The position numbers and the translations under genes are program-made. Below the pieces are notes generated by a model. That model was not told the origin of the DNA. It worked only from the letters and a program-made list of their open reading frames with translations, and searched no databases. This document shows, one piece after another, positions 62,835-64,000 of a DNA stretch of 64,000 bases (its first letter is position 1; each line of letters starts with the position of its first letter). The stretch lies in NCBI GenBank assembly GCA_028534125.1, contig CM052817.1:2606001-2670000 (forward strand), written 5' to 3'. The stretch comes from Lama glama (lineage: Eukaryota).

Positions 62835-64000
62835 CTGTTGAAAACGGGGATTCCCCCAACAACAAAAAGTCTATTACGAACCTGTGACATAGGCAGAAAC
62901 AGCGGGGCCCTGAATCCGAGTTCCATGAAGTTAAATCCTCGTGCACAAGAGGGATTGTGACGGTCCTGTTAGGCCCAGGCCACAGCTCACAGCAGGTGGA
63001 AGTGGGCGCAGAGGCGTCACACCCGAGGGCCAAGGGCTTCCCACCTGCCAGGCCGCGCAGACCACATCCGCAGGGGGCCTCCCAGACACGGAGGGTCAGC
63101 ACTGCGTCGGGCCAGCCCTCAGACCCCAGCACAGGCTGCTGCTGTGGGGCAGGTGCTGTAACTCATCTACGGAGCCCACCTCTCCGCCGCCTTGAACCCT
63201 TCTGAGAGGAGGCAGGCCGTCTAAGGGAAAATGAAAGAATGGCCCAGAAAGGCTTCCCCACCCTCCTGGGTCCTGCCCCTCGTGAACTCCATGGTGCGGT
63301 CTCGAGCTGGCAGCCCTGCACTGCCCGCTGCTCCCTTTGACTCATGCGTATCCTGACCCCAGCAAGAGGGCACCTCCTCCCACCCGAGTCCCGGCAGCCA
63401 TGCCTTGCAGAGGGGAGATACCAGGCCTGGGATTAGGGAGCCCCGGGGATGGACTCACTCATACATTGGGCAGGGCAGAGAAACACTGGTGGCCCCAAGT
63501 CTGGGGGCAGGCTGGGGAAGAGTCACTAATTTCAGTGACCGCGGGAGGGAAGACCACCGCGGGTGAGACCTGCAGCTCAGAGGCTAAAGGCACATGTCCA
63601 CGCCAGGGGGCAGGCCGCTCACGCCTGGTGGGGCAGCGGGAGCATCTTGGACCATCCCCGGACTTACAGGTACCCACCTGGGGAGGACGGCACCTGGCCA
63701 CCTGAGGTCTCCGGGGGCGGGAGGCCTGAGCCCCGACAGTCAGAGCCACTGCCACCTCCCCTGGGCCTGGGAGAAGCCCAGTCTGTGCCCTCTAACAAGG
63801 CGCTCCAGGCAGAGGCCAGCACCTCCCCTGCTCCACTGTTCCCAAAAGATCTTGTGGACGACAGGCTGTCCCGGGAATTAAAGGTCAAAGTCCGTACTTT
63901 CAGATTCACCTGCGGGTCTCGCCGTGGACTGTGTGCCGGCCTCCCTTTCCACCTGGCCCGCCTCGGAAGGGGCGCCTAGGAAGCGGGGTGCCGACCCACA

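Noticed and set aside
63825..63910. AG...GT-bounded segment as a further TRMT44 exon
   Set aside because: The translation does not resemble TRMT44 as I recall it; the preceding exon probably lies outside the window.

Overview
GC-rich mammalian genomic DNA. It is probably camelid, inferred from the tRNA-derived SINE family and the L1 3' ends. The window matches the TRMT44-GPR78-CPZ syntenic block, with all three genes on the minus strand. It contains a complete, intact 11-exon carboxypeptidase Z gene (CPZ; 20656->121; 1962 nt, 653 aa plus stop, all introns GT-AG, including a 33-nt microexon missed by the ORF track). It also contains a decayed GPR78 pseudogene (start ATG->AAG, at least 5 frameshifts, exon 2 still open and spliceable) and the last two coding exons of TRMT44. 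The intergenic region holds nested L1/SINE/MaLR insertions. The most unusual non-genic items are a poly(A)-tailed, TSD-flanked retrocopy of the 28S rRNA 3' end (47582-47844), a ~147-bp ~94%-identical inverted repeat (45707-46247), a duplicated exon-8 splice donor in CPZ, and a palindromic TGATTAAT pair next to the CPZ microexon. Gene and repeat identities rest on my recall of homologous sequences, not on database searches. Most ORFs in the supplied track are chance ORFs of GC-rich DNA. I found no prokaryotic-type system such as a CRISPR array.
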